From positions 1 through 48,272 of the forward strand of contig JAUCBJ010004140.1 in assembly GCA_032718475.1 (NCBI GenBank): a stretch of DNA of 48,272 nt. Direction: 5' to 3'. Each line of letters opens with the position of its first letter. The first letter of the stretch is position 1. Of this stretch, positions 1 through 11,619 are shown one piece after another. Source of the DNA: Nemertoderma westbladi (Eukaryota; Animalia; Xenacoelomorpha). The notes beneath the pieces were generated by a model that saw nothing but the letters and a program-made list of their open reading frames with translations, was not told where the DNA came from and did not search any database. Made by a program: the position numbers and the translations under genes.

Positions 1-613
1 AAAGAAAATAAATATATCTAGCTAGCAATATTAAATACATTATTTAGGCCTAATATAATATATAGGGCCTAAGGACATTCTAGAAAAAATTAAATTTCAT
101 GTGATTTTTTTTACATTTTGTTTTTGACTTAGACTTTGACTCGGTAGTGTGAACGCGGCCTAAGGCGCGTTGCGTTCCATTATTGTAGAAATTATCATCG
201 TCTATATCGAACCGTCTATATCGATCCGTTTGATAGTCCATTTGCTTTATTTAATATATACGCAGCATTCTGGAACAAGTTATTAATCTATAAATTAGCT
301 GTGCAACACTGCAAACTGGATTATAGAGTCCCACCCTATATCTATAATAGCTAGAATTTGATGTTCAAGAGTTACATTTCGTTGTTATTAGCCTAATTTT
401 TGTTAAATATCATACAACTAAATTGTTATTGTAGCTATCGATATTTATGGATTTATATGTATTATTTTATACAACATTACTTTTTTTTTAATAACTGGCT
501 ATAATTTGCTATAACATTTCCAAAAATAATAAGAATATAATTTCATATATTTTATATAATTTTAGAATTAAAGAAAACATTCCTGAGAAGGTACACATCA
601 CCATCCTAAAGTA

Positions 614-3600
614 ATGACTGCGAATTCGCAAAGAAGCAGAGGAATTTCCTTAACCAGTTCCTCGGATATCTTTGGACTAAATCAAAATGTTCCCAGATCT
701 GATGGATTACCCTACAGGCGCAGCCTATCCCCAGATGACGGAAGTCTATTCTCCAATAAGCGAAAAAATAGCGATATAATTGAAACCAATGAAGCGAAGA
801 GACCCCTATATGACTTCAGTTTGCCTTCCCCACTGCCAGTTTTGGAATTTACTTCCCCAGTATTTGAGACGATATCGGCTTTAGAGTGGACAAATTTCTC
901 GCAACGAAGTAAGTCGACTAATTTACAAACTGCAAACTCAGAACACAACAAAATTTCAGATACGCTGGGAAATGGAAAGAACGGAGTTTCCGGCAACTCG
1001 CAACGTACGAATAATCAACATGACAACAATACTGTGGATTCAGTGATACCACGTGAAATACCAATGAAACCAAGTACGTCTTATGATAAATATGAAAATC
1101 AATTTATATCTGAACCGACCACTTTATTACCTGAGCGCAACCAATCGCAAACTAGAGTTGCAATCACGGGGAGAAGAAATGAAACAAGTCCTGTTAGTGA
1201 TCCCAGCTGTAATTTTAATTCTAAAATTAGCGCGAAATCATCAGCTGAATCGTTCAATGTGTTTAAGCGCAACAAAGAGAGTAAACAGCCTAGCGAAGGT
1301 CCCACCACACCTACACATCATATTGACATACCTCTCATAGATTGTACAAGCCAATATAATTCACCGAAACTTAATCTAGAAGCAACTGACGTCCCCTTTT
1401 CCTTCATACCACAAAGTGACAGTAATTCAAATAAATTTTCGACTTCGTTCACAGCTAGTTACTCATCTGACAATTCCCGATTTGTAGATCCAAGTAGAAT
1501 TAATATTAGTTCAAACCATGATATGAGCGCGTCTTCATTTGCTTTGCCAAACAATGATAAAACAAAAAATGAATGGTTCTGGGGAGGCAAGAAGCACATG
1601 TCAGGTTGGGTCAGCCAAACCCAGTCAAATATTGCACCTTCAAAGAGTGATAACAATATCGCTTACAACCAAGCTTTGGGTAGGGTGGACTCATATAATG
1701 AAATGCGGAAAGCAAAGAGCGCAACTAGTGTCATTAGAAGCAATAAACGAGACAAATGGACGAGGATGAGTCTTCAATTACAGAGCGATATTAGTGTGTT
1801 CGAGTCGTCAGGAAGTTGGAAACCCCAGCATGTTTCATTAAATACAGATCCTTCATTAAAGTTTAGTGTAGCAAATGTGCTCCAACAACATGCTTTACTC
1901 CAATCTCAACAACTTGTTACTACTACAAGCGAATTTAATTTCTGCAAAAAGTTAGATTCTGAACCTCCTCTAATGAGCAAACCAGCTTCTATGTCAACAA
2001 TGAATATGGAATGCAATTCAAGTGAAGTCAATGTCTACAAAACGGTAGATTCTGATGCAATTAAAATTCTACCAAAGAACAAACCAACTCCCATTCCGAT
2101 CAACCCAACTACCATTAATATGGAAAGCAATTATCTTAGTTATCATCATGATAGAAATAGGTCAAACAGCAGGAATACATCTCAAAATAATCCTTACTTT
2201 TACTTAAACGAATCAGTTATGGAACAAACAAAACTTGTTGAAACATTACGTAATGAGAAAGAAATAATAAATGATAATGGTGCTGAGGAACAGAGTAAAA
2301 CGATTCACAATGAACTGGAACAAAGCAATGATGAGCAAAGCAACGACACTAAACAGCAAAGATATGAAATTGAAAAAAGTAAAATTGTGCAAAACGATTT
2401 CCAAAAAGTCAACCGGATTATAATCCCACAAGAGGATACAACTGCAACAATTCATGAGTTTAGCTTAAAAGATAAAATTAACAAACCCCAATGTCATAAA
2501 CATATTATTGATAAACAAATAATTTCGAAGGACATTGAAATAATGGACAAGGAAACTTTCACCAAACCATTTGACTTCCGGATGCATAATGCGGAAAATT
2601 CTGCTGACAATAAGTCAGCTCTTGACTGCATGATTGAAATTGCAAAAAAAATATCTCATCAGCTAAGTATCCTCATAGGCAGGGGGAACGATATGACCAT
2701 AGGGTCAAGTATTGTCCCTGTAAAGAATGACAAATCGCTTTTTACAATAGATGAAGAATGTCAGCAGAGTACTTCTAAAGCTGGAAATAGTGGGGAAGAA
2801 AGTATTGACCAGAAAAAACAGACAGAAAAACAAAAAAATGAAGGGAATGTCAACACAAATTCGCAATTAATGGAAATAATACCAACTGAAGATTTTTCTC
2901 ATACACTGGTTTCAGATACATCAGGGAATAACAAAAATATGGAAGGTAATTGTCACAAAAAAACAAAAATGTCCCTTGAGACATCTAGATCAGAAATATT
3001 TCGAAATTATTGGGATCATAATGCGACTGGTAGCGATTATTGCGTTTGGACCCCCAAAACTTCCGTTCCAAATGACTCACAGCATAAACGACACACTCAC
3101 AATTCCGCAATGAATTTCAGTAGTAACTTCACCGAAGATTGTCCTTCTAATCGGAGTAAATCGACTAGCTCGAGATGTTCCTGCGTGCGACCTGCACTTG
3201 GTAGTGAATCCCCAAGCATGGATCCCGATCTTTCTGGATTGAATAAAGGTGAGGGATGCAGATGTTCGGGTTTACAAAATGGTTCTGGAACTATTCAAAA
3301 TGAGAGGGAAATATGTTTATCACCATATCATGAACCCCAATATGCAATATGTTGTGGGAGAAACCAACATGGTGGTCAACAAGATGCAATATGCCATCAA
3401 CAAAGTATTTCCTTATCTCAGAACTTCCCATCACGCACAGCATTCAATTCACCATGTTCCTCTATTGCCTCGGAGCTCAAACCAAACCCTGGACCAGAGC
3501 TAAGCAGCCTTGTGAATTACTTTACTCGTAACAATGGGCTTGGAGATAGTTCTTGTGAACAAGTTTATCACAGTCTCCCAGAATCGAACGGAGTTTGTCC

Positions 3601-4069
3601 CAAAAAGTGGCATTCAGAAAAAGAATACAATATTTCTAAATACAGGTGTTATAACGAACATAAGCAAAGTGATGATGACAATCAACAAGGAAATGACAAT
3701 TTAGGCCAAACCTTTAATAAACAACAATTAAAAATGTCTAACATTATCTCTAGGAACCAACAACTGACTTGTGATAACAGTCTTGAAAGTTGGCCTATAT
3801 ATGGTAACGACAACCCTAGAATTAATGAACCGCATCAGGACACATCTGACATTCATGTCATACAGAATGACAAACTACCAAATGACAGCTCCATAGACTG
3901 CCCATGTATTAACCAGAATAAAACCACGTCAGCAAACGAGGTCATTGATTGGGAACGGATTTCTTCCATTCCATATGTTAACAACATGATGGCTTACTGT
4001 CATATGCCAAATAGCGAATCTACAAGCAATGTTATGTATCGCAAAGATATGGTGGATAGCTCTCTCTAA
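614..4069 (+). CDS. Uninterrupted 1151-aa Ser/Asn/Thr/Gln-rich, probably disordered protein of unknown function (single large exon)
   Basis: 3.45-kb stop-free frame in AT-rich DNA; in-frame TGA at 584 precedes ATG 614; possible acceptor tttag at 561-565; no recognisable domain or TE motif. Confidence 0.65.
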   Translation: MTANSQRSRGISLTSSSDIFGLNQNVPRSDGLPYRRSLSPDDGSLFSNKRKNSDIIETNEAKRPLYDFSLPSPLPVLEFTSPVFETISALEWTNFSQRSKSTNLQTANSEHNKISDTLGNGKNGVSGNSQRTNNQHDNNTVDSVIPREIPMKPSTSYDKYENQFISEPTTLLPERNQSQTRVAITGRRNETSPVSDPSCNFNSKISAKSSAESFNVFKRNKESKQPSEGPTTPTHHIDIPLIDCTSQYNSPKLNLEATDVPFSFIPQSDSNSNKFSTSFTASYSSDNSRFVDPSRINISSNHDMSASSFALPNNDKTKNEWFWGGKKHMSGWVSQTQSNIAPSKSDNNIAYNQALGRVDSYNEMRKAKSATSVIRSNKRDKWTRMSLQLQSDISVFESSGSWKPQHVSLNTDPSLKFSVANVLQQHALLQSQQLVTTTSEFNFCKKLDSEPPLMSKPASMSTMNMECNSSEVNVYKTVDSDAIKILPKNKPTPIPINPTTINMESNYLSYHHDRNRSNSRNTSQNNPYFYLNESVMEQTKLVETLRNEKEIINDNGAEEQSKTIHNELEQSNDEQSNDTKQQRYEIEKSKIVQNDFQKVNRIIIPQEDTTATIHEFSLKDKINKPQCHKHIIDKQIISKDIEIMDKETFTKPFDFRMHNAENSADNKSALDCMIEIAKKISHQLSILIGRGNDMTIGSSIVPVKNDKSLFTIDEECQQSTSKAGNSGEESIDQKKQTEKQKNEGNVNTNSQLMEIIPTEDFSHTLVSDTSGNNKNMEGNCHKKTKMSLETSRSEIFRNYWDHNATGSDYCVWTPKTSVPNDSQHKRHTHNSAMNFSSNFTEDCPSNRSKSTSSRCSCVRPALGSESPSMDPDLSGLNKGEGCRCSGLQNGSGTIQNEREICLSPYHEPQYAICCGRNQHGGQQDAICHQQSISLSQNFPSRTAFNSPCSSIASELKPNPGPELSSLVNYFTRNNGLGDSSCEQVYHSLPESNGVCPKKWHSEKEYNISKYRCYNEHKQSDDDNQQGNDNLGQTFNKQQLKMSNIISRNQQLTCDNSLESWPIYGNDNPRINEPHQDTSDIHVIQNDKLPNDSSIDCPCINQNKTTSANEVIDWERISSIPYVNNMMAYCHMPNSESTSNVMYRKDMVDSSL

Positions 4070-4580
4070 TGAGACAGGCTCATCATCGAATCACAGTGAA
4101 TGTGGTTGAACAGTATCCCAGTCAATTACGGAATAAAAACAGGGAATCTAAACATTATTGATATTATTGTGTTTGTGTCTATCATTATAGTTTAATTTAG
4201 ATAAGTTGTTTATGTTATAACTATAATTTTAAAATTAAAGGGAGCTTTGGCAAAACTAACTGTGTTCGTCTTGATCTTCACATATATTCAAATATTATTA
4301 AGAAATAAAAGAAAGTAGCAGAAAGAAAATCAGGTAATGCCCCAAAGTCTGGCCTCAAGTGAACCGTTTATCACAAATAAATCTGTAGTTAATATTTGGT
4401 CGTCATATTGCACTACACCTTAAAAAAAACTATGGACTAAATATCTTAGTTAATCTATAAGCAACACTGAAAGATATTAGGGTATGTTATATTACATTAA
4501 CTATTACTTATTGTTCAAGAATAAACTGTTCCTAAGTAGTATAGTCTTGGGCGGCTTTGTGACAGTTAGACCTAACTGAC

Positions 4581-4650
4581 TGGCGCCAGACTGTCTGGGT
4601 GACACCCAATGACATCTATGGGTGTCATTGGCGCCAGACTGTCTGGGTGA
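4581..4650. repeat. 22-bp direct repeat (tggcgccagactgtctgggtga x2)
   Basis: Exact copies at 4581-4602 and 4629-4650. Confidence 0.6.
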
Positions 4651-5194
4651 ACCTTCTAATTAGGCTAATTAGACCCTAATTGACAGGTGTCATCAATTAC
4701 TTAGTACAATTAAACCCTAATAGATGTCTTACGACTCCTAATTAGGGTTTAATTGATTATCCTAATTAATCAATCCGATACGCAATGGTGTCAGTGATGT
4801 CTAACTGTACACCTAGAGGCCCAAGAGGGTGTCATAAGTGACACCGCAGCTCTTTTATTTATTAATACTTATTTATTTATATTTAATTTTAATTTATTTA
4901 ATTGTATTTAATTTTACTTTATTTATTTGTATTTAATTTTAAATTAACTATATATTTGTACTTTATTTTAAAATAATTAATCGTATTACTTTTACTTTAT
5001 ACATTGATTTCTATTTTAATATTAATTAGGTAATTAATTACTCTTATCTATATCCAGACAGCTTTATCGTTAACCTTTGACCCCCAATTAGCTTTAACCA
5101 AGCAACAGCTTATTAATAATAGTTGTATCGAAGCCCCCCCCCCCCCACCCCCTATCGTGACACCTCTGATCACTAATTACTCTTACCTATATCC

Positions 5195-5590
5195 AGCCGT
5201 CTGCAGTTCTATAGTCTGCCGCTAGATGGCGTATTATCTGAAAATTAACATCTTCTCTAACTTTGTTATTTTCATTCCGTATAGGTTTAAACACGGTAGG
5301 CATCTACTACGGCATAGAGCGTATCTTTTGCGGAGTCATAGAGTAGACTGAAGTTCCCCTGTCTGCCGCTGGAGGGCGTATTATTTGAAAATTTACATCT
5401 TCTCTAGCTTTGTTATTTACAATCCGCAAAACTATGAAGTTATATTGCTTAAGAGTTCTAAGGGGCGAGCCATGAGGCAAGATGTTTGAGACTTATTTAG
5501 ATATATTATTACTTAATTTTGACCCCCCAATCGGTATCTATCCAATCGGTAGTCTGAAGTTCCTCAGTCTGCCGCTAGAGGGCAAAAGGT
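5195..5590 (+). mobile_element. Degenerate repeat units related to the Helentron-type element at 24711-25212, each with a CTCF-like motif
   Basis: Three copies of ctg(c/a)agttc-N-gtctgccgct(a/g)ga(t/g)ggc (cores at 5219, 5366, 5572) matching 25095-25124; ggggcgagcca at 5462 matches the start of the 24711 element. Confidence 0.55.
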
Positions 5591-5689
5591 TTCAAAGTGA
5601 AAACCATATAGTAACTATGAATTGGTTACTAGGCAGTAATACTGCATTTTGCAAAGTTAGGCCTATTGCTGACCGAACGAAAACTGCCG

Positions 5690-5763
5690 TGGTTCATGCA
5701 GGGATCTAACCCATGACATACGGGAGATGTGAATTCAACGCAACCACTACACCAAGGTGGAAC
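5690..5763 (-). pseudogene. tRNA-derived sequence (pseudo-tRNA or SINE head)
   Basis: Minus strand has A-box-like TGGTGTAGTGG and B-box-like GGTTAGATCCC at tRNA spacing and ends in ACCA; cloverleaf imperfect. Confidence 0.45.
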
Positions 5764-5786
5764 AGTAACCTTTGAACATTAACAGG

Positions 5787-5990
5787 CTATGCCTCACTGA
5801 GGCATAGACTATGCCTCAATTAATGCCTCAGTGAGGCATAGTCTATGCCTCAGTGCCTCAGTGAGGCATAGTCTATGCCTCAGTGAGTCATAGTCTATGC
5901 CTCAGTGGGGCATAGTCTATGCCTCAGTGAGTCATAGTCTATGCCTCAGTGCCTCAGTGAGGCATAGTCTATGCATCAGTGCCTCAGTGA
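5787..5990. repeat. Minisatellite of a 21-bp palindrome TGAGGCATAG-N-CTATGCCTCA (about 7 copies, 22/30-bp period)
   Basis: Directly visible tandem palindromes at about 5798, 5832, 5862, 5884, 5906, 5928, 5958. Confidence 0.9.
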
Positions 5991-6253
5991 TATAGACAAT
6001 AATATACCAAACTTGCTACGGTTTCTTTCAATAATGTACTATAGCTAAATATTTCTCATTAAGCAAAATGACCATCTCAATAAGATTGACAGATTGACAC
6101 TTTAAATTCTACTCCAGTATTTGTAAGAAGGATAACTCTTATTACAAACTGACCTCACCAAAAGCCATGCGAGCATCATTAAATAAGATAGAAACGGCAT
6201 AAAAAACTTAAGATCTTTTAGTTGTTTGCCATCTTATTAATTTAATTAAATTT

Positions 6254-8715
6254 TACTACTACTACTACTACTAAGATCGGCATGCTGCATTGCAGCTGCT
6301 TTTTTAAGAATGCTGTGCCGGCTTATCGACAAAATTGCACCGCCACAACTCCCTATCACCCATGACATTTGCTAGATCATCCGCATCTTCAAGGCCAGTG
6401 TCCTTTAAGATGCGACTCAAGAAAGTCATGGGCTGTCCACCATGCTTATTCACTCCATGAGGCTGCCAAAGTACAAGATTATGCACTGGCTGGTCCTCAC
6501 GGCGAAAGCAATGTCCTGCAAAGCGGAGGCGATTTTGTTCTAGTGTCAAGCTTGGGGGAACCAATGAGACACCTCCAATGTTATATAGTGTCTGGTTGGA
6601 GATGTGTGCATTGTACTTGACACTATTAACCCGGCGTAGCATTCTTGTGAATGTGCCATCCAGAGATTTGGTGTCCTCAGCAGTTAGAGCCCAGCATGGA
6701 CTCCCATAGAGGAGTACTGGAACGAACTACTGCTGCTCTAAATAACCGGACCTTAAGTTTCCGATTAATTCTCGGTGACTTCCAAATCCTGGAAAGCCTA
6801 TTCAAGGCTGCCCATGCCTTTCCCTTACGTATTCGAAGGTCCTCACCTGACTTCCGGATCCATGATCCCAGGTAACATAAGTCATCCACATGCTCAAGCA
6901 TACCATCTTTTGAGCTTATGCTCATCCGATCAGAGACTTGCTGAGGACTTTCAAAGTTAACTGTCAAAATTTTGGTCTTTCTGGAGTTAATAAAAAGACC
7001 AACACTACAGTAGAAGCAGCATGTTCTAATGAGCTGAGGAGCCGTTGGGCTCCCTCTAGTGATTCTGAAAGTACTCCTAATTCATCAGCAAAGTCTAGAT
7101 CAGTTAGGTACTTGGCAGGACTTCCTCGACTTCTGGAGCCAGGGATAGTTCTTTTTACAGAACACAGCGGAACACAGTAGAACACAGCAGAACACAATAG
7201 AATACAGGCGGAACATAGGCGAACACAGCTGAAATTAAAATCTACACCAAAAAATAACATACTTGGGAAAGTACGGGACTTAATCATACAACTGTAAGAT
7301 GTCAATTACATATTTAAATTAAGTGGCGGTTTTCCATATCCTCCAAAATAAATTACCTGATCAGAGTTGCCCGATCAGCTGTTCGGTTAGGCCTGTACCT
7401 GTTACTACAGACTGTACTAGTCCAGCAGTCTGCCTGTCAGCCTGTTCCAGTACTACAGACTGACAGACTGTACATTGTACAGGCAGACAGAGGTAGGCAT
7501 TTACCGGCAATTACCGGGCACAGTGTAGAGTATATTACCAATGTACTGATGTAGGCCTACTCAGCTACCGGTACTGTACTGCTGTAGAACTAACCAGCTC
7601 TCCATGGTTACAGGATAATGAGAAGTAATTAATTTCGGAGGATATGGAAAACCGCCATTTCATTTAAATATGTAATTGACATCTTACAGTTGTATGATTA
7701 AATCCGGTACTTTCCCAAGTGTGTTATTTTTTGGTGTAGATTTTAATTACAGCTGTGTTTGCCTATGTTCCGCCTGTATTCTATTGTGTTCTGCTGTGTT
7801 CTACTGTGTTCTGCTGTGTTCTGTAAAAAGATATATCCTGGAGCCAGTAGGTGGAGTTATCATCCCCCCATTATCATTATGATGATCTAAGGACATGCGT
7901 AGAACATAGTCGACAACAATTATGAACAAGAATTGTGCAAGTGTGTCTCCCTGGAGGACGCCCCATAACACTTCAAATGGTTCTGTGTCACCGTCAACAG
8001 TAGACACAAATGTTGTCGAACCATCGCATACTGATCTGATTGCTGCAATAATTTCATCAGGAATCCCATATAATAAAAGTATGCTGAACATACGTGAGCG
8101 AGAGACAGAATCAAAGGCCTTGAAGAAGTCAACAAAGATAACAGCCAGATGCCTGTCTTTCTTTTTTGATAACTCTTCAATTATTCTTCTAAGTGCCAAA
8201 ATGGGCTCCATGGTCCCACGACCTTTACGGAACCAATTCTGATTTCCACGGAGCAGTCTCTCAATGGGATCCCTGATGCGATTTAATAGAATTCTATTGT
8301 ATAGCTTTGCAGCAATCGAGATCAATGAGATTCCCCGAAAAGAACCATAGAGTGTTAGGTTGCCCTTTTTGGGAACTGGCACCAACTTATTTGTTTTCAT
8401 TTCTTGTGGGACTCTTGTTGTTCGGTACATGTCTACTATGATGGGGTAGATGAGCTTTAAACACTCAGGTATTTTAAAGACCACAGGGGGAACACCATCT
8501 ACTCCACTGGCACGATTGGTCGTAATGTTCTTTGCAGCAGCTTTCACTTCTGCAAAGGAGATATCACCAATGGGAATATCTGGGAGTACAGTACAGTACT
8601 GTTTTATAGCTGTTTCTGCTGTTGATTTATGTTCTGGAACATATTTCCGACTCGGTACATGTTTAATTTTTATGGTAGCTAGTGTTTTCAATGGTACTGT
8701 AGTTAGTGTATTCAT
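6254..8715 (-). mobile_element. 5'-truncated, decayed RTE-clade non-LTR retrotransposon (RT domain plus C-terminus, (TAG)n tail)
   Basis: RT motifs VPVPKKGNL, FRGISL, FVDFFKAFDS, GVLQGDTLA, DLDFADE, YLGSWI, RLRFAGH across ORF pieces 7801-8715, 6964-7142, 6677-6967, 6304-6642; (tac)n at 6254-6272. Confidence 0.9.
7143..7838. mobile_element. Mutator (MULE)-like MITE inserted into the RTE RT
   Basis: About 214-bp TIRs (7143-7356 / 7625-7838) beginning GGATA; 9-bp TSD TGGAGCCAG at 7134-7142 and 7839-7847; removal restores ...PTGSRSRGSPAKYLTDLDFAD. Confidence 0.88.
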
Positions 8716-9067
8716 AAAAATGGTACAGTAGCTAGTGTTTTTAAAAATACCAACATATCATATTATTATTATGAATATCCATAGTAAAGTTGGCTTATCT
8801 TTATTAATTTATCAGTGAAAAGAGCCTAGTATTGAAGAAAATAAAATAAAGTGATTTCTGCAACAATTTATTAAATAGATAATGAAAAAAATCTACAGTA
8901 GTTGCACAGATTCGGTCGTCCTTACGACTCATTTCCAGTATAGACCCCACCGAACTATACTCCTTACAGGCAAAGATATAACTGGTGCCGGTACTCATTT
9001 AACGACCATTTAAATTACTCTTCTGTATACACTAATGATTTGTATTGATTTTCTTGCATTTTAACTA

Positions 9068-10175
9068 AGCCGAAGCCAGCCGGTGCGCGATCATTCACCC
9101 GCTGGATATATCCGGGAGACTGGATTCGGATGCTTAGACCTTATTGCAGTGTAAGCCTACTGTATTATTCGATTGATCGTTAATATATAATCTCTGACAA
9201 ATATTATTCACTTTCGGGAAATATTAACAGTTCCTTTAGGACGTGGCGCTCTATCTATGTAAACAGAGCTATGACTTATACTAAACACAACGGTATGGCT
9301 TATGATTCACGTATAAGGCGCATTCTTTAGGAGATGCTTAGTTATCAGTCACACTCATGCACACTACCGCACAATACTGCACACTGATCTGCCGACAGTT
9401 ACTGAATTTGATTATGCATAAAGAGAACAGCAATGGACTCATGTAGTATCTATGAAATAGCATTAGATTCACTCAAAAACCACGATAATATAAGTCGCAA
9501 TTGCTATATGTAACCGGTCTCTCTAACCTGTAGTGTATCAAGAAGATTGGGATTTTTGGGTTATTTATCGATATTCTCCAAATAACAATATTCCATCAAC
9601 CGATACAATTAATAACCAACAGTAAATAGCAGTAAAATGGTAGGTTAAGATATGATAGTATGCAATGATATGGTTTGATGTGATTTGGTGAGTGAGTTGT
9701 TAAGATATGATAACAGTTATACGTTTCTATAATCTAAGCCTAACTAATGTGTTGCTAAAGTCTGAAACACAGAGTCATTCCAAAAGCTGATGTTCTGGCG
9801 TAGGAGGAACAACACACACTGACTCTGTGAGCTGTTGCAGGTATATTTCAACAGAGAAGAATAGCTCTCATTGGCAGAACACCAGATTCCGCAGGTTCCA
9901 CGAATGTCTAAATGCCGAACTATCAGGGTTTTTGCAGCCCTTGGCCAGCACACATAATGAGTCACTCCGCTCGGTTGCTATGGTTGCATACTCTGCTGTT
10001 ATAGCTCTGGTTGGCCGATCGAACATAACAAAGAGGCCCAACATACAGCAAATCAGCCAATCAGCCGGTAGCTTGCATCATTCGAGTTAGGGAGCCTTTT
10101 AGAGTATTCCAGCGCCTTGGGGGGAACTGGATTGCAAAGCAAAAGGGCCAGTTATATCCCACAAAAGCTTTTACA
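9068..10175 (-). repeat. 3' LTR region of the BEL/Pao element (canonical TGTAAA...TTTACA sub-span 9258-10175)
   Basis: About 12 substitutions and one 2-bp indel versus 33475-34584; starts TG on the minus strand directly after the PPT. Confidence 0.9.
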
Positions 10176-10183
10176 CCGCTCCC
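10176..10183 (-). other. Polypurine tract (GGGAGCGG) abutting the 3' LTR
   Basis: Minus strand reads ...ttctGGGAGCGG|TGTAAAAGC; present only at the left LTR copy. Confidence 0.8.
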
Positions 10184-10253
10184 AGAAAATGGGATTTAAG
10201 TCTATAAAATATACAAAATCACAGTTTCTAAAATACAAAAATACTCTAAACAG

Positions 10254-11619
10254 TTAGTCTTTCTTGCGCGGACGGCGTTTACGCAGTTTTTTGAGGCTAG
10301 TAAGAGTCCTTTTCTCTTTGGGGCGAGCCACTTTACGAGGAGGGCTATAACTCCTGGATGAAGGGTGCAATATGATTGCATCAGAAGGTGTAGGATTATA
10401 GTCGGGGTATCCGCCGTTTCGATATGCTTCTCCTCGAGCTGATTTTCCTCCGCTCATCGTTGGATACGTTCGTCCAAAACTCTCGCCGAGAATAGGGTCG
10501 TCCAAGTTCAATATCGTCTTAGAGATTCTGGATTTCCCAATCGAACTGGGATAAAGCCAATCCGTTTACCGCTTGGACATGCTGTTATAATTTAAGTTTA
10601 TCTGAACAAACGTAGGTTTCTTTTCTGATCTTTGTAGAATAGCGTCTAACTCGTTTCGTACAACGCTCTCCTCCACCTTGATGACGGGTTGTATCGTGTT
10701 AAACGGGGACGATTACGATTATACGGTTGAATGGCGATATCAGGTGCCCGTGCCCCAATCCGGCCAGGTAAGATGGGCAGATATTTAGGGAGCCCACAAC
10801 CGGAGTGCCACCGACTAACGGTTCGGGTAACACTGGATCTCTGAACGGTGAGTACAGTTCGTGAGGATCCGTGATACTATTAGGATCAAGAGTCTGAGGT
10901 CTAACTAAGGAATGAGGAGGTCTGACCGAGTATTCCGGAACTCCGATCATAGGTCTACTCAAGGATCGCCTGAGTCGAGAGAGCGTGGGCGACACATCGA
11001 ACAAGTTTCTCCCGAAATTCCCGTAAATATAGCGAGTAAACCGTGTTTAAAGCAACGTCTCCGCTGGTATTTATGTCTTTCCGTTTGTTGGTTGGTCTTG
11101 GGCATTCATCGTAATAATACCAAAGACACACGTCTTGTAGGGGAAACACGGGTGATATTTATTTGGTGTTACAATGCTTCTCTCAAGAATTCTAAATATA
11201 TGTTGGAGTTACCGCGTTTATCCGCTTCTTGAACGTCTTTTCTTTCGAGTCGATTTCGAATAGAATTTTCGCATTTGAATTTCAGTTTATTGTTACGACT
11301 CCGCTGGGTAGGATATTTAAATAATAAATACCATTTCCCTTTTGGTGTTGACATAGTCCGTATCGTGTAAATCGATAGAATGGCCGGTAGTTAAGAAGTC
11401 CATATACGTACCATTATGATGCGTATAGCAAGCGGTGAATTTTCTATAGTCCAATTCACGCGTAAGTTGCTCCTGGGACATAGGCGGTTCGATATAACTA
11501 CCATCGTCCTCTGTAGTAGTTGGATCAGTTTCACCGCGTATCAAGCTATCCACAAACGCTTGTAAAGGTAGAGTATATCTCTCTCTAATACCAAGATCAT
11601 CTTCTATCAACTCCGTCAT
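10254..11619 (-). pseudogene. Decayed additional ORF (about 450 codons) between integrase and PPT, product unknown, basic C-terminus
   Basis: Five sequential, mostly overlapping minus-strand ORF pieces (11317-11619, 11169-11354, 10955-11149, 10699-11004, 10254-10511) in GC-richer coding-like DNA; ends KKLRKRRPRKKD* 70 nt before the PPT. Confidence 0.55.

Noticed and set aside
5787-5990. CRISPR-like palindromic repeat array
   Set aside because: No unique spacers, no cas genes, eukaryotic context
11304-11331. 28-nt GT-AG micro-intron that would join two pieces of the extra ORF
   Set aside because: A single extra A in accaaaaggg explains the shift more simply, and the other breaks are not fixed by introns
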